Assembly (NCBI GenBank): GCA_963815675.1
Contig: CAWFHP010000006.1
Span: 448,360-512,359 of the forward strand
Length of the DNA stretch: 64,000 bases
DNA from: an uncultured Acidobacteriota bacterium
GTDB lineage: Bacteria; Acidobacteriota; Vicinamibacteria; Marinacidobacterales; SMYC01
Reading direction: 5' to 3'
Program-made: the position numbers and the translations under genes
The notes under the pieces: generated by a model
Database searches by the model: none
Seen by the model: only the letters and a program-made list of their open reading frames with translations
Told to the model about the DNA's origin: nothing
Shown: positions 61,752 through 64,000 of the stretch, piece after piece
Position numbering within the stretch: the stretch's first letter is position 1
Layout of the letters: each line of letters starts with the position of its first letter

Positions 61752-62282
61752 TCAATTTGCGGGCCGCATCATCGAGGCGTCCGCAGGCCTCAGCTCGGCG
61801 CATGCGTTGGGCTCGACCGTCCACATCGAGTTCGACACGCGCCAGACTCCATCCACCTTGACGAAGTCGAACACGTCGACACCACAATGGCTCGTCTTGC
61901 CGTCGATCCTGAACTCGTACGGCGCCCACACCACCGCGATTCCGCCGCGAATCAACACCGTCGGCGACCAGTAGCGCTCGCGATACGTGCGCCCGTCGTC
62001 GTGGGACGGATCGACCCAATAGGAATTCGGGTGCGCTACGACCTCCATGTCGCCACTTTCCGTGGCGCGCGCCCGGTACGTCATCCCTTCCGGCGTCTGC
62101 ATCGCCGCCATCGTCTGGAGATCATTGGCGGAGATCGCGGCCATGTAGCGGTCCATCACCGCGAGCACTGCCGTTTCCTCGCCCGATTGATGCCCGGCCG
62201 GGGCACCCGGCGCCGCGGAAGCGCCGGGCGCGCGTAGCACGAGGAAACTTAGCAAAGCACCCAAGCACATATTTCGACTCAT
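61752..62282 (-). CDS. NTF2-like (SnoaL/DUF4440) exported protein
   Basis: Signal peptide plus a cone-shaped alpha+beta fold signature. 176 aa. Confidence 0.5.
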   Translation of the reverse strand: MSRNMCLGALLSFLVLRAPGASAAPGAPAGHQSGEETAVLAVMDRYMAAISANDLQTMAAMQTPEGMTYRARATESGDMEVVAHPNSYWVDPSHDDGRTYRERYWSPTVLIRGGIAVVWAPYEFRIDGKTSHCGVDVFDFVKVDGVWRVSNSMWTVEPNACAELRPADASMMRPAN

Positions 62283-62398
62283 CTCATTCTCCTGATTGGA
62301 TCGTTTCTGTCAGCAGGCGGTCCACCGACGGTCTGGTTCAGCGCGAGGTTAAGCGACGATGCGAGAGCGGGACGCGGAGAGCGTTGTGGAGGCAGCCC

Positions 62399-63100
62399 CT
62401 AGTGCGAGAAGTCGCTGTTCCCTGTATGTTTGCATGCGGACGACGTTGCGATTTGCTCCTTACGGTTCTCGAGCTCCCGTGCCTTCGTCTGATCAGCCGG
62501 GACACCGAACGCTCCTTCCATGTATACGTAGGCGAGATATCCTAGCGCGTCCGTATCGTCCTGCTCGGTCGATGCCGTGAGCCACCGGATTCCCTCAGCT
62601 ATGTTCTGCTCGCCTCCCTCGCCGTTGAGGTACATGGTTGCCAAGTTGAACTGAGCTGAGGCATGACCTTGCTCGGCCGCTCGAGAATACCAATGACGCG
62701 CCTGCCCTTCATCCTTGGGGCCGAACCACTCACCGGTCGCGAAGTAAGCGCCGAGGTCTCGTTGAGCCTCGACATATCCTAGTTCCGCTGCGCGGATCAA
62801 AAGATCGACGGCTTGCTGCGTCGTTGGCGTCCCATACTCGATACCATCCTCATCGTAGTGATGGAAACGTGCGAGCTCGTACGTCGCTTCGGGATGCCCC
62901 GCGTCGGACGCGCGGCGAAGCCAAACGAGTGACTCTTCCATGGGGACCAGTTCCAGAGCATGAAAGAATCGAGTCCCGAGCAGGAACTGCGCATCGGGAT
63001 TGCCCGTTTGTGCGGCCAGCTCGAGGATAGCTAGGGCCGTCTCTCGATCGTTGTCGTCGATCGCGGCTCGCGCGCGATGCAATAGGTCGTCGGCTATCAC
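62399..63100 (-). CDS. Sel1-repeat (TPR-like) protein
   Basis: Multiple Sel1 units (AQFLLGTRFF; ATYELARFH; AQRDLGAYFATG; AQFNLATMYLNGEG). Confidence 0.75.
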   Translation of the reverse strand: MIADDLLHRARAAIDDNDRETALAILELAAQTGNPDAQFLLGTRFFHALELVPMEESLVWLRRASDAGHPEATYELARFHHYDEDGIEYGTPTTQQAVDLLIRAAELGYVEAQRDLGAYFATGEWFGPKDEGQARHWYSRAAEQGHASAQFNLATMYLNGEGGEQNIAEGIRWLTASTEQDDTDALGYLAYVYMEGAFGVPADQTKARELENRKEQIATSSACKHTGNSDFSH

Positions 63101-63277
63101 TGGAGTTCGCTTAACATTGAATTGAGCCGCGGCGCTGCGCGAGCGCCAACGAAGACTGTACGATCACTACGCATCCACTCTCTTTCCGAAGCCTCGGCGC
63201 CGTCCGCTCCAATTCATGGTTATGCCGTCATTTCAAATTGACTCTACTTCGGTACGATGACGGAACGTCTACAGACA

Positions 63278-64000
63278 TCAGAGGTTCACTACCACTCTGC
63301 CCGACACCGTTCGCTTCTCGATCGCCTCGTGAGCGTCCGCGATCGACTTCAGCGGAAACCGCGCCTCAACCTCGAACCCTGGCCACCCTGCCTCTAATGC
63401 CTCGTTCAGGGCGTGTGCGGCGGTTACTTTGGCCACGGCGGGAAAATCGTCGCTCCCAAGGAAAAACAGGCGAACATTCTTGAACACGAGTGGCCAGAAA
63501 GGGATCCCAGGTGTCGGGTCTCCCGTCGCGTACGTGGCAATCGAACCGCCTTGGCCCAATAAGCGCTCGTCCACCTCAATGTTCGCATGGAAGGCAACCT
63601 CGACAACGTGGTCGACTCCGTCGGGTGCGTGGGCGCGGATCCGTTCGACGACTTCGTCAGCAGTGAGCCCATCTGTAACGACTACGTGGTGAGCGCCCGC
63701 TCGGCTTGAGAGTTCCACATCGCCCCCGGAGCGAACCGTTGCGATAACCAGTGCTCCTGCGTGCCGGGCCAGGCCGGCGGCGCACTGCCCGACGGCGCCA
63801 GCTCCACCTTGCACAAGGACTGCACGCCCGTGCAGGGAGCCCGCTACATCTACTGCGCGGTGCGCCGTGATACCAGGAATGCCCAGGCATGCTCCCTGCT
63901 CGAATGAGACACCATCCTTGAGTGGAACGGCCTGTTCAGCCGGTACCACGACGTACTCCGCCGCCGTCCCGAACGGCCGATAACTCTGCGCGCCGAAGCA
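63278..64000 (-). CDS. Zinc-type/medium-chain dehydrogenase-reductase (quinone oxidoreductase-like); N-terminus beyond window end
   Basis: Nucleotide-binding GGAGAVG and an MDR C-terminal fold. Reading frame is open to base 64000. Confidence 0.7.
   Translation of the reverse strand, partial: CFGAQSYRPFGTAAEYVVVPAEQAVPLKDGVSFEQGACLGIPGITAHRAVDVAGSLHGRAVLVQGGAGAVGQCAAGLARHAGALVIATVRSGGDVELSSRAGAHHVVVTDGLTADEVVERIRAHAPDGVDHVVEVAFHANIEVDERLLGQGGSIATYATGDPTPGIPFWPLVFKNVRLFFLGSDDFPAVAKVTAAHALNEALEAGWPGFEVEARFPLKSIADAHEAIEKRTVSGRVVVNL

Overview
High-GC (~68-70%) chromosomal window, most likely from an Acidobacteriota-like soil bacterium. The ~820-aa ADOP/MacB-FtsX permease, the ECF-sigma/Ser-Thr-kinase pair and the MASE1-GGDEF protein point that way. 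It carries ~55 protein genes, two tRNA clusters (Lys-Arg, and Arg-His-Arg-Pro), a MazE/MazF-type toxin-antitoxin pair, a Tat-secreted lipoxygenase and an inositol-phospholipid gene neighbourhood (archaeal-type MIPS, CDP-alcohol phosphatidyltransferase, DAGK-like lipid kinase). It also carries a truncated editing-less ThrRS behind a structured leader. The most unusual feature is a minus-strand gene cluster (26.3-33.3 kb) encoding a PspA/IM30 (ESCRT-III-like) protein, an ABC importer whose binding protein is fused to an OmpA domain, a membrane-anchored coiled-coil protein and a classic-clade AAA+ ATPase. Two caveats apply throughout. Many otherwise well-conserved genes need 1-bp frame changes, often at homopolymers or short repeats, and this looks like residual indel error of a long-read or MAG assembly. 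Separately, a few loci (CocE peptidase, a kinase stub, convergent cstA/clpB stubs, the PAS-GGDEF-EAL gene) look like genuine pseudogenes or rearrangement scars. Several short perfect tandem repeats (6-9 bp units) occur in intergenic or linker positions.
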